Positions 14,201-25,805 of a stretch of DNA of 64,000 nucleotides are shown here, one piece after another. The stretch comes from Cercozoa sp. M6MM. Lineage: Eukaryota; Protista; Endomyxa: Ascetosporea. Each line of letters starts with the position of its first letter. The stretch's first letter is position 1. The stretch lies in NCBI GenBank assembly GCA_040357565.1, contig JBDODJ010000029.1; one strand, given 5' to 3'. A program made the translations under genes and the position numbers. Below the pieces are notes generated by a model. The model was given only the letters and a program-made list of their open reading frames with translations. It ran no database searches and was not told where the DNA came from.

Positions 14201-14449
14201 GTGCGTTTCTCGTCTGCAGGAGTGACGACGTTTTCGCAGGTGCTGCCTCCGGCGCCGCAGGACACAAGAAACGCGCTCGCGCGGATGGCAGCAACGGTGG
14301 CGTTTCGCTCTTCTCGTCCGACTGGACGGTGCTCGGCATCGTGCCCGAGCATCCGCGCGGACGTGAGAGTGGCGACTTTCTTTTCTTTGTCACGCTGGGC
14401 AACCACCCGTAACTCTTGATTCCTGGGGGCCCGGGTATCTGTCGAGGGC

Positions 14450-14512
<63 letters not shown>

Positions 14513-15741
14513 TGTGTGTTGGGTGCAGTCGGATGCACCGGGTGCGCGTGCGCGTGCAGCGTCAGTTCTACGTCAACACGGACGGCCAGCTGCCCGAACT
14601 CGCTGTACCTACTTGTGTCATCTGTGTTTAGCAGCCCTCCTGTGACATCCTTGGTGTACATGGTGTACAGGAGAGCGGCGAATTGGTGCGACACAAGGTC
14701 ATACTTCCGCGCGGACGGCCGCAGCTCCACCTGCTGCGTTTCGACATGCCGGAGCAGGAGTTCCAGGCGGCCAAGGAACACTTGGCGGCACTGACACACA
14801 ACCCGCACGTGGTGCGCTGTCTCTTCCTATCTCTGCCTGTACCTGTCTCGGAGTGTACATGTACCTGTGCGTGTATCTGCGTCTGCAGGAAGGTCTGTAT
14901 GAGACGCGTGTGCCGCTCGATTTGCAGCTGTTGCTGCGCGTGGGTGCCAAGGTGCGCGTCGCACGCGATGTACTGCCTCCTTGCCTGCCTGTCTTGTCAC
15001 ATCTCTGCTGCACTCAGTTCTCATATGTGCGATGACAGGTCACACCATCCCAGCGACACAGACGGCACGGTTTCTTGCTGGACGAACTGACACGTGCCGG
15101 CACTGGAGGTACCCTGTCCTGCTGATATGCTGATATCAGAGAGGGCACTACGGGTGGCGTAGACACGGTGACACGTCGCTTGCTGACGACGGCGCAGTCT
15201 ATCCTGGTGTGGCACACGCGTGTCACGCCGCTGATCTCGCTGACAACGGTGGCAGCAGTCAGGACCGACACTGACACCGACGGTGGTGCCGCTGATACTG
15301 CCGGTGACACTGCGATTGGTGAGAAACGCGAGCTGCACGTGCATGTGGTGGTGACGGCCGAGCAGCGCGCCGTGTTTCGCAAGAGCTGGCTGCAGGAGGA
15401 ACTCGAATCGGCGCGCTCGATGCGAACGCGGCAGTTCGACGCGCTGCTTGCGGTAGGAGCTCTGCTTCCGCTTTCCCCCCCCCCCCCCCACACGCACACA
15501 GATTTCTGCTTGTGGTCTACAGGAGTCGGAGCAGATGCAGGACGATCCGCTGGACGAGCAGTTCGTGTCGTATGTCTTCTGCCTTGTTCGCTTGTGTTCA
15601 CTGCCCCTGGTGGGAGAGTGTGCCGTGTGTGTGTTTATGTGTGTCTGTGTTTATGTGTCTGTGTGTGTTTGTGTGCTTAGTGACTTGCGGAAGGTGCGCG
15701 CTGTGCTCGGCACTTTCGCTGTCGCCAATGTCAACGTAGCT

Positions 15742-15790
<49 letters not shown>

Positions 15791-15800
15791 NNNNNNNNNN

Positions 15801-15850
<50 letters not shown>

Positions 15851-18800
15851 GCACGCACGCACACACACACCTGCTAACCTTCTACCCCACCCCCACCCTC
15901 TAACCCTCTGGACAGGTAACACGTGCGGCTACGCAAGAGGAACGCACGGCGCACGTCGATGCAGCGTTGGCGGCGCTGGAGGTCGAGCTCGGTCTGAGCG
16001 AGGTCCAGTCGAGTGCTTCCCTGGTACCCTCTGTGCACCTTGCTTCCCTTGCCTACCACACTGGCTGTACAGGTGGCTACTGCGAGTCGGCCAACCTTCT
16101 TGCTGCTGTTTGGTGATGGTACCGAGTGCACGTGCTACTGAGTGAGTGAGTGGCTTACTGAGTGCATGTGCGACTGACTAACTGACTGATTAAGTGGGGT
16201 GAATACAGACACGTGCGTGTCGGCGCAGTGGCGGCAGCGCTGGCCGGTGCTGTTGCTGCCGCCGTCGCTGACGTCGTTGCTGCAGCTGCGTCTGCCCGAG
16301 GGCGCCTCGCTGGACCTGTGTCCCGACACTCGTACTGCCTGTGTTGACCCCCCACCCTAGGTTGCTACTGGTACATGTACCTGTAGAGGAGGACGTGCTG
16401 GGCGATGCCTCCGTGCGCGCAGCAGTACTGCACCTTTCTTTTCCCTTTCCTTCTCTCTTTACCCCCCTCCGCCCACACCCCCCCCCGCGTAGACCAAGAG
16501 GATGGCGCACGTGCTGTGCTCGTTGTTGAGTGTGGGTCGTCTAGACGACGATCTGTACCGTGCTGGTAACTATGTTTTGTCTGTCTTTCTGTCTGTCTGT
16601 CTACCTGGCTACCTAGCTACCTGTTCGTGTGTGTGTGTGTGAGAGAGAGAGAGTGTGTGTGTGTGTGTGTGTGTGTGAGTAGCTGAGGCAGCCGACAAGG
16701 CGGCGTTGCCGATCGGTCTGATGCCGCTGGGTTCCGAGGTAGCGACACTCCCCGACCTCTGTACTCCCTTACCCCCCCTCTCCCGCGCAGCGACAGGCGC
16801 GTGTGTGCGCCGACCTGGCATTGGCGAGGCAGCTGCAGTCGCAGCGTCACCTGCTCTGGTACGTACTGGGTGCGAACCCACTGAGTGACCACCTGTCACG
16901 TGACCCACTAACTGAGTGACCGTGAGTGCCCACGTGGACAGGTCGTGCGCAACGTCGCAGGCGGACTTCTGGCAGGTGGGCGACCCGTGGATGACGGGCC
17001 AGGGCGCCGGCGGCCGCATGGACCTCGGCGGCACCGACTCGCCCAGCGACTGGGTCACCGACGTGGCTACACTGTCCACGGTACAGATGGACCGCTTGCT
17101 GGACATGCACAGTACACACATACACTTTGTTCTTGCCAGGGCGGCGCTCTTGTGGACGTGACGCGACTCGCGCAGTGTGAACGCATGCAGCAGTCGCAGG
17201 GTAATTTACCCCCCCCCCCCCCCTCAACATACACATACACGCCCAATGCATTTGTGTCTGTGTGCGGCAGGTGCGACAAAGCAGCACATTGACGAGGAGA
17301 TGGAGGACGTATCTCTTCTCTCTATTCCTTACCCCCCCCCCCCCATTGGGATGCTATGTATACAGGGCAAGCATGCCAAGGTCGTGCTGCACAGTGGCTC
17401 TGTTGTCTCTCACAGGTACAGTGCGTCACGTTCTTACCCCCTGTCCTACCCCAACCCTCCTTCGAGTGCAGCGGGTGCTACCGCCGCGTGTGCGCCGAGA
17501 TCGCCGTGCGCGACCTGGCCGTCAACTGCGTGCTGCTGGCGGATGTGCTGGACAGTGTCGATACCGACGACGGTATGCCTTCCGCGCGGAGGCATGCTCA
17601 AGAACAACTACGTTTGTGTGTTGTGCAGACACTGAGGCAGCGGACACGGCCACATTGAACATGCACAGCATGCACGTGAATGCCAAGTACCCTCTACTAT
17701 CCACCCGACTCTTTTTGACTGACTAACTGAGTGGTGTCAACAGGGAGGAAACCGTCTCAGGTCGCGCCTTGCGCAAGCAGACGCAAAAGTGGCAACAGGA
17801 GCAGCGAAAGCGAGGTAGTCATGACTTACCCCCCCCCCCCCCCCTGCTACCCATTGCGTGTGACCAGGAGCGTCGCTGGAGGCGCTGCTGCCGAGCGAGA
17901 ACGCCGCGGCGGCGCTGCCGTCATTCGCGGCACTGCGACTCGTGCTGCGTCGCTGGATGTGCGCTTTCTCCCCGTCCGTGTGTCCCGTCCATCTGTTCCG
18001 TCCATGTGTTCGTGTCCATTTGTGTAGGAAGAGACACATCTCGTCCGAATGTCCGTTCTCGTTGCGACTGGTAACTCACGCACACGTATGTGTATGTGTG
18101 TATGTATGTATGCTTGTGTGTGTATGCTTGTGTTTATGTGTGTATATGTATGCTTGTGTGTATGTATGCTTGTGTGTATGCTTGTGTGTGTAGTTGCGGG
18201 AGTTCGCGCAGTGGCTACAAGGCGGCGCCGACGGCTGCTCGTGGCTGCAGGAACCGCAGCTGCGCGTCGTCGTCGAGCGACTGCAGAAGCGGTGTCTCTA
18301 CCTGCTGGTCACGCAGGTACACTCACTCTGGGCACACACTCTGCCTTTACCCCCCCCCCCCCTCAGTTGAAAAAACTCGGTGTGCGTGTGATCAATGCGA
18401 CGTCGACGCATCTGTTGGTGGCCACGTCGCGCACTTCCGTAGCTTCCCCGTATCCCCCCCCCACCCCCCTCCCCCCCCCCCCCCCCGTGTAGTTGGAGGC
18501 GGCACAGCGCAACGTTGCGTTTTGTCTGAACGCGTTGCGGCAGCACGAGTGCTTCGCATGGCTCACGTTGGAGCCGCGGTAACTGTTTACCCTCCCCCGT
18601 AGTCCATGATATACCTGGAATGTACAGACGGTGGTACACGTCGCTGGTGTACCTGGACTCGAGCAACTTTGGCGGTCTCTGCGTGTCTGACACTGATGGC
18701 GAAGGCACTCAGGAGACGGTGCTGCAGGGCACGTGGTCACTGTGTGATCACTTTGATGCACCGTCCTGTCGACAGCAGTTCTTGCGCTGTCTCGATGTGT

Positions 18801-20295
18801 TCCTGCGCGATCCCTGCGATTTCCTGGAGTAGGCCTACCCCCGCTGTTACTTTCTGAGTATCTCATGTGCCATTGTAGCAAGCTGGAAGCAGGCGACGAG
18901 GAGGCCATTGCGTCTGTGCCCAGTACATTTACCTACTGGGGAAGGTAGATAGTCGGGGGGATGAGAGGGAGTGGATGGTAGGGTGTACTGACCTGGTCAT
19001 GTGTAGACCTGGCACTGTCGCTGCAGCAGCGCGCGCAGCACGCCGACGTGCTGCGACTGACGGAGCGCGACCGCGGCGCGGCGCTGAGCGAATTCCTGGG
19101 CGCCGTCTTCTGGCCGCAGTGGGCGCGCCGACTCACGCGCGTCGTCGATCTGCTGCAGCAGCGTGCCGAGGGTATCCTTGACCCTCCCCACCCCTCACCC
19201 CTCACCTTTACCACACACACGCACATGCGCGCACACATATATATATATATATACACCGTTAGACGACGAGAAGGACGATCTGCGCCGTCTGGTGGTGCTG
19301 CTGTGTCAGGTCATGTCGCTTGACACGGCGCTGCTGGATGCGTGCTCGTCTGACAGTGGTATATGCGCGTCCTTTACCTGCTTTCCCCCTACGCCTTACC
19401 CCTCCCCCCCCCCCGTGGCAGAGCAAGAGGCAGGTGTCGAGGAGGCGAACACGGCGGCAGAGAGCGTCGATGTCGTGACGCAGCTAAAGGCATCGCTGCT
19501 GCGACTCATCGGACTCCGCATACACCAGGTTTACGCATATCGAATTGGAAGGAGGGGCACCTTCATACATACTTGTGTTTGCATGTATGTGAGTAGGCAG
19601 CGGCACGGTTCGTGTACCCGCCGGCGGCACTCAAGCTGCGTCATGTGCCGTGTCGTACGGTACCCTGTGCTGTACCCGCCCCCTCCCGCTGGTATACCTC
19701 CATGTTCCTTCGCCTGCACAGTGTGAGACAGTGGTGGACCTGGCGCTGCTGCCGTCGAGTGCAAGCGACGCCGCCGCCGAGAGCGAGCACGGGTCGAGTG
19801 GACCCGTGTGTCAGGTGTGCCACTCGGCGCTGGACACGGAGCTCGTCGAGGATCGCCTGCTGCAGCTGCTGCGCGCCCTGATGGCGGTACACCCTATTGC
19901 TGTGTATCTGTGTGTCTGTGTGTCTGTGTGTCTGTGTGTGTGTCTGTGTGTGTGTCTGTGTGTCTGTGTGTGTCTGTGATCTCTCTGTCCGTCGCGAGCA
20001 GTGCTCGCAGCAGACCGAGGCGCGCTGCAGCAAGACGAACCGCGCGCAGCTGCGCGAACTGTCCCCAGCCTCCGAGTCGGCGGCGCCATGGACGCTGCTG
20101 CCATCGCGCGACGCCATCGACTACGCGTAGCACGATTTACACCTGCAGGCCTCGCGTTCGTGTGTGCCTGTGCAAGTGTATACTTTACATGTGCCTGTGC
20201 TCGTACTGCGCAGCCTGACCTCGATGCGCAAGGTGGCCGACTCGTGGCAGCTCACGTGGCTACGCAACGCGCTCGAGCAAGTGCACTCGGCCTGA
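5775..20295 (+). CDS. POLE: DNA polymerase epsilon catalytic subunit A, about 90 short introns
   Basis: Exonuclease motifs [18 protein letters not shown] and [10 protein letters not shown]. Polymerase motifs [23 protein letters not shown] and [10 protein letters not shown]. CysX (CAQC...HCKR...VCQREN) and C-terminal CysA (CRTC...CQVC) are present. Stop TGA at 20293-20295. Confidence 0.97.
7327..7391 (+). repeat. Intronic ~13-bp minisatellite (tacacatggaccg, ~5 degenerate copies)
   Basis: Directly visible inside a POLE intron. Confidence 0.85.
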
Positions 20296-20755
20296 GTTTG
20301 ACGTTTCACATTGGCATCGGCGATGGACATATTAGATTTCTTTTCGGTACTAGGTGCGCATGCATACCCACTCGCACCCCGAGCAGAGTCACTATCTATG
20401 CTTGACGAGCCCGGCCTAGATGTTACCGCGGCCCTCTCAGCGCAGATAGGGATTGGCTGTCCTTTGTTAGCTCCCTTAGTTGGGTGTCGATCTCGGTTCT
20501 GCCTTTGTCGTTGAGATGTAGAATGGTTCTCTTGTTGTCTACCAGTAGATCTATCTGTGTCCTCGTTCCTTTGCGTGTTTGATGCATAGGCATGTTGCTA
20601 CTCTTTCTGTAACGTAAATCAGGCAGGATACCAGCGAACACACTTCAGAACCTCCCACCTCCCTTGCGTTTTTTTTAAGTTTTAGGTGTGCTTCCGCGCG
20701 GATACAGTGTTCATGCTGCGAAATAGATCGATCGGACACACTAGCTGACGTCAGC

Positions 20756-20839
20756 TTATTCGGCATCCGGTGTGGTCTGACGGATTCTAATCACGCCGAA
20801 ACATAGTCAGTTGGTTTATTCGGCATCCGGTGTGGTCTG
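20756..20839. repeat. 24-bp exact direct repeat, 60-bp period
   Basis: ttattcggcatccggtgtggtctg at 20756-20779 and 20816-20839. Confidence 0.95.
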
Positions 20840-21184
20840 GGCGGCGGCGGGATCGGCAGTCTGCTTGGACACTGCCGGTGGTTGCTGGTGCGCGAACTCC
20901 TCGTACACACTTCCGACACGACGCACGCCGTCACCCTGCGAAGCATCATCGGGTTCTTACTACAGGATAGGTTGGGGAAGCAAATCAGATGCGGAAGGGC
21001 TACAAGCGTGGCAAAGGCGGCCTGGCGTTCTCCACGCAGCGCTGCCGACGTAAGTCGCGGCTACAGTGGGAGGCAATATAGGCTTTCACATACCACGCGG
21101 TGTGTACACAATACCTGCAGCCACGCGTTAATCGAGAGAAGGCATGAGTTCCTGCACCAGATAAAGGACAGATAAGAGTGCAAC

Positions 21185-21238
<54 letters not shown>

Positions 21239-21704
21239 GAACCACTCGAGAAGGAATTGCTGCCATGGACCGGTCTCGCCGTGCTGCACGAGCGCGTCTG
21301 GTAGACCAGGCACACCGGGTAAAGGAAGGCAGTCCTTCCAGACACAAAAGGCACGAATAATGCGGTACCTTCCTGACGGAATTGCGAAATGATCGAATGT
21401 CGCGGCAGCGGCTTTGCCAGACGGCCGTGCACGATATCGCCCTACATGTTTTTGTGGCAAAAGACCTTACCACACGCCCCACTCCATGCAGTGCAGGTAT
21501 GTACGATCTGAGTGGCGTATCTACGCAGCAATCGCTCCTGCACGTGCACCTCCGACTCAAAACTGTTGTGCCACGGCAATCACTGTGGCTTTCAACAAAC
21601 GAAAAGTCAGAACGCTCGCACCCATAGAAAGCCGACAGGCCGACAGCAGCGCCGACCAAGAACGTCCTCGTTCCCGATCCAAACCGTGCCAAGAAAGACA
21701 TCAT
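20816..21704 (-). CDS. Small hypothetical protein with one N-terminal transmembrane segment (possibly mitochondrial)
   Basis: Spliced: MMSFLARFGSGTRTFLVGAAVGLSAFYGFESEVHVQERLLRR...AAAQTTPDAE*; all junctions are GT-AG and in frame. Confidence 0.6.
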
Positions 21705-22163
21705 GAGGCTCACGCACTCGGTGCACACTGTTGCGTACAATAAGCCTGCTAAGCGCTGCAGAAAGAGAGGTGGCTACAATTGTGGTGTCTGGATGCCAGA
21801 TGCACTGCTGTTGGCAAGCAGTTTTCACCTCAGATCTGCCACCAGCACGGTAGTACTTGCAGCAAGTAGCTGTTGCGTATCGATACAAAACTCGGTCAAA
21901 CGGGCAGCGTCTTCACTAAAAAAACTAGCTTAGTTTCGTCCAAGGGTGCACGTTTGAAGTTGTCGTTGCCGCTGTGATACCATAAAGGGAGTAACTGCGA
22001 GCACTATTTTTGAGAGATTTAGGAATTTCGTTTTTGCTACGGTACAACACGACAGGGCGCCCGACGAGAGTTACTCATCGGCGAGAGCGAGAAGCGACCA
22101 GTCGCGAGGAGAGGCAACGTTACCCGGAGGAAGAGACCCAAGCCGAGAGAAAGCGACGGTGGC

Positions 22164-22825
22164 TTAGTGCTTGGCGAGCTTGCGCAGGTAGAACTGCAGC
22201 TCGGCACCCTCGAGGATGTAGCCGTCGGCGCGGCCGCACTGGCCCGGGCGCGACGAGATGGCGGCGTACAGACGGCCGAGCTGCAGCTGCTTGAGCAGCT
22301 CCGAGTCCAGCGCGCGCGCGGCCTGACGCTTGGCGAGCTTGGCCAGCACGGCCTTGCTCTTGCCGGCGACATCAGCGGCCACAACGCCCTCCTCAGTGAT
22401 CTGGACGCCGTAGTACTTCTCGTAGTGCTGCTTGAACGGAGCCGAGTCGATCTGCACGATCGTGTTCTTCGTGAGCGTGTTGGTGCGCATCAGCTCGTTC
22501 GACGTCGGGTTGTACACCACCGACACAATACGCGTCTTGCGCGTCACGTTCTCCGACGCGAAGGCGTAGTTGCCCGTGTTGAGGCGCTGGGCACGCATCT
22601 GTCAGGCACACGCAAGCATGACACGGACACACAAGTCTACGCATGGCAGAGGTCGGGGGATACCTTGGTGTTGCCACCGCGCACACGCACAGCCGACACA
22701 CGCTTCTCGCCGAGCTTCGTGTTAGCGGCCGGGCGGGCCTTCTCGTAGGCACGCTTCTTCTGGTGGATGTTGCGGCGGCCGCCCGTCTTGCGGCGCTTGT
22801 GGCGCGAGTCGCGGGACAGGCCCAT
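22164..22825 (-). CDS. RPS8: 40S ribosomal protein S8 (eS8), one coding intron at 22599-22663
   Basis: [16 protein letters not shown]...RVRGGNTK|[10 protein letters not shown]...[28 protein letters not shown]. Confidence 0.98.
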
Positions 22826-23294
22826 GTTTCTCTCAAAAGTCTGATTGTCACACAAAACACCACATTGCCACAACTCAGACCGCTCACACGCAGCGCACAC
22901 ACAACACAGCACTCAGAGCATGGCAAAATGCACACCCAGCACAGCGAGAGAACACAGCACACAGGAGATTTGGCCAACTTTGGCGGCAATAGCGCAACGA
23001 GCAGCATGACAGCATGGCGCACAACCACGTGCTGAACGCACAGCAACTCCCGTGCTGCTGCGCGCCATCGCCGCCGAAAAGCGGAAAAACCGCTACAGCA
23101 AGCCTCCTCTCCTGCGCGCCGTGTTTGGAACTTGCAGCATCGCCTTACCTCGAAGCAAAGTACGAAAAACAAGTGTTGGGAATTTTGGTATTTTTTCCCG
23201 CCAGGTCGGCGCTCCGATCACACAAATTTGAATAGATGTGCTTAAACGGTGTGTGAGGACGGGTGCAGCGCGTGGCTTTAACTGTGCTAGTAGC

Positions 23295-23530
23295 ATGAGC
23301 GAGTTCGAAGTTGTTGTGGCGCCCAAGGCTGGCAGGCCGGGTGAGATCCTGTTTCCAGTGTATGTGTGTTTGTACTCACGTGCTTTTTGAACACACCTGC
23401 GTGTGAGCGTATATGTCTGTTTATGTGAGCAGTTGGTCCCTTCTCGCAAGCAGTCAAGCTGAAGCCGGGCGCTTCCTTGGGTACTTGGGTGTTTCCTCTT
23501 GAATGTTGTGACGATGCACAGAGAGTTCCG

Positions 23531-23571
<41 letters not shown>

Positions 23572-24098
23572 ATTGTTGTTGTTGTTGTTGTTGTTTTCGT
23601 TGGACAGTGTTCTGCTCGGGTGCCCTGGGTCGCAACCCTGCCGACAAGAAGGTGTGTGTGTCTGTGTCTCCAGTGCCCCCCCCCCCCCGACCAGTCCTCT
23701 CGTAGCTGCCCGAAGGAGTCGAAGCACAGACGCGCCAGAGTCTCGCCAACGTGCGCAACGGTACACTGCTCTTTGTCTCCTTTCTGGTCTGACACACAGT
23801 GACACCGAACTGAATCCTTTGGTGGCGGCACAGTTCTGGAGGCGGCAGGCACGTCCATGTCGAATGTCGTCAAGGCCACGATTTTGCTCTCTGATGTACG
23901 ACACGCTCTGACGTCCTCCCACCTTGCTTTTTTGACATGTCTCCGCGCGGACGGTCCTTCCTGGTTGACAGATCAGTGACCTCAAGGCAGTGTCGCGCAT
24001 CTACGCCGAGCACTTCCCGGTGCCCCACCCGGCGCGCGTGGCCTACGCTGTGGCGACGCTGCCGGCGCACGCTCTGGTCGAGATCGAGGTAAGCAGCA

Positions 24099-24148
<50 letters not shown>

Positions 24149-24237
24149 CAAACTGCCTGCCTGTGCCCTCTATCTCCCTGTCTCTCTGTCTCTCCCTGCA
24201 GGTGATCGCCGTGTGTCCCACGCGATCGGCGCTCTAA
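23295..24237 (+). CDS. RIDA: RidA/YjgF/UK114 family enamine-imine deaminase (6 introns)
   Basis: Spliced: APKAGRPVGPFSQAV...VFCSGALG...QTRQSLANV..VLEAAG.SMSNVVKATILL...HPARVAYAVATLPAHALVEIEVIA; the catalytic Arg in PAR is present. Confidence 0.93.
23529..23594 (+). repeat. (GTT)n trinucleotide microsatellite in a RidA intron
   Basis: Directly visible. Confidence 0.95.
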
Positions 24238-24359
24238 CTTTGCGCTGCTGTAACGCTATCAGGGGGAAGAGGTGCCTTTTTGCTTGACGTGGATGGCGCG
24301 AACTCTTGACAACTGAGTTTCAGTCATCCGGCTTTTCAATTTCGCGATCCACGTGAATT

Positions 24360-25560
24360 AATTTTCGTTTCTTCTGGTTTTTCTCAAACCGACGTGAGTT
24401 GCCGAGACGAGAGGCTCTCCTGTCAGTGCGGCTCTATGTGTAATCCAAAATGTACTAGATGCATTGGCTCTAAGTGTACTGTTGTTACTGCGGCTCAATG
24501 GCCCAATCAGTAAGGGAAAGGAGAGACTAAATAAATCATTCAATTAGATAAGTCGTCACTCAGTTGAGTCAACGTTAGAACTGTAGGTCAAATACCCCTA
24601 CTGGGTCTCGAAGTGATCCCACTGGATCTCGACCGAAGGAAGACGTCCTTGGTCGTTTAATGCGTGTAGAAAGAAAAACTCCGCCTGTGAACACACGACG
24701 AAGTGAGTGGAATGGAAACCAGCCAATGAGCTAACTGACCAGGCTGAAGCCGTGACGGAGCTTTCTGCTTCTCTGCAAGGACTCTGTCCAGGCAAGATCT
24801 ACAGCAACAGCAATCCACTGAGTCAGTAGTTAGGTCTCAGAGCAAGGTACCAAGCCAAAAAACTCTTAAACTTCTTCCTTGTCTCAAACTTGTTGAGACA
24901 TAGATTATGACCTCCACGCGGACGGGTCAGAGCAATGACTACTGAAAATGTGCAGTAACAGCTGTTACTGACGGTTGTCAGTGAAAAGAACTAAATAAAA
25001 GAAGTAAGTCGTCAATTAGACGAAGCGAGGAAATCAACTGATTTAGTTTGAAGAAGCGAAGTGAAGAATTACCCCAACTGGGTTCTTACGTCAAACTAGA
25101 CGGAGTTGTAGCTAGACGGAAACTTCCGTCGCAGGGGAAAATCGTGAGAAGATTTAACAAGAAAACCCTTCTCTCTACAGCAGCCAATGCTTACTTGTAG
25201 AGGTGGATATCAGTACAAACTGCAGAGCAACTGACCAGCTGATGCCAAGTAGATGAGGTTTTCTCTTTGCCAACTGGCAGGCTCAATCTACAGGACAGGC
25301 TTTCAGACAGGTCCAGTCACAGCTCTATGGGCAGTAGTACCGTAGAGCCACATACTCTTAACTCTTCTTTCTCTTTTGCTTCAATAATGGGAGACCAACT
25401 GGTCTGTCTGGGTTCATCCCCGCGGAGACTGCATAACCTGAGTCAGTCTGTAACAGTACTACGACTGCGGGAGCACTTAGGGCTTCGTACGGTACGGGAG
25501 CCCCAGTTTGCAGAAAAGAAAACCCGGTTCACCGTCATTATCATTATTATTTCGTTCTTC
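24360..25560 (+). ncRNA. Candidate large structured non-coding RNA, ~2.3 tandem ~490-nt units with AACU-tetraloop hairpins
   Basis: No spliceable coding frame found. Dense hairpins whose G-U pairs work only on the + strand. Repeated AACU loops and colinear duplicated anchor sequences (see findings). Confidence 0.6.
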
Positions 25561-25805
25561 TAAGAACATTGAAGCTTGGCGACACGAAGCCGCCAAACGT
25601 GCGTTGTCGGGGTGCGAGGTCGCTCACAACACGTCCACGATGAACTAACTAACTGTTGTGAGTTTCTGACCTCAGCTAGGCACGCGTACGACTCAGGCTC
25701 AGCTAGGCACGTCAGACGCCGCAAAAAGTGCTGGTCAGACACCACGGTGAGACAGTGCGCTGAGCCGAGCCTACTATAGATAAGTATACAGTCCGTTGGA
25801 CCCAC

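Noticed and set aside
22167-22748. 193-aa antisense ORF over RPS8
   Set aside because: A shadow ORF caused by strong GC3 codon bias.
24464-24490. Weak U2 snRNA resemblance (ttggct...aagtgta...tgtt)
   Set aside because: It lacks the GUAGUA branch-pairing sequence and the other U2 elements.
24520-24557. Group I intron R/S-like words (gagacta...agataagtc)
   Set aside because: Too little space for P3'/P8, no P/Q elements found, and no host gene.
24593-24601. TACCCCTAC as a telomerase RNA template for TAGGGG
   Set aside because: The homologous site in unit 2 is taccccaac, and both form NACU-loop hairpins. The telomere repeat is unknown, so this is unsupported though not formally excluded.
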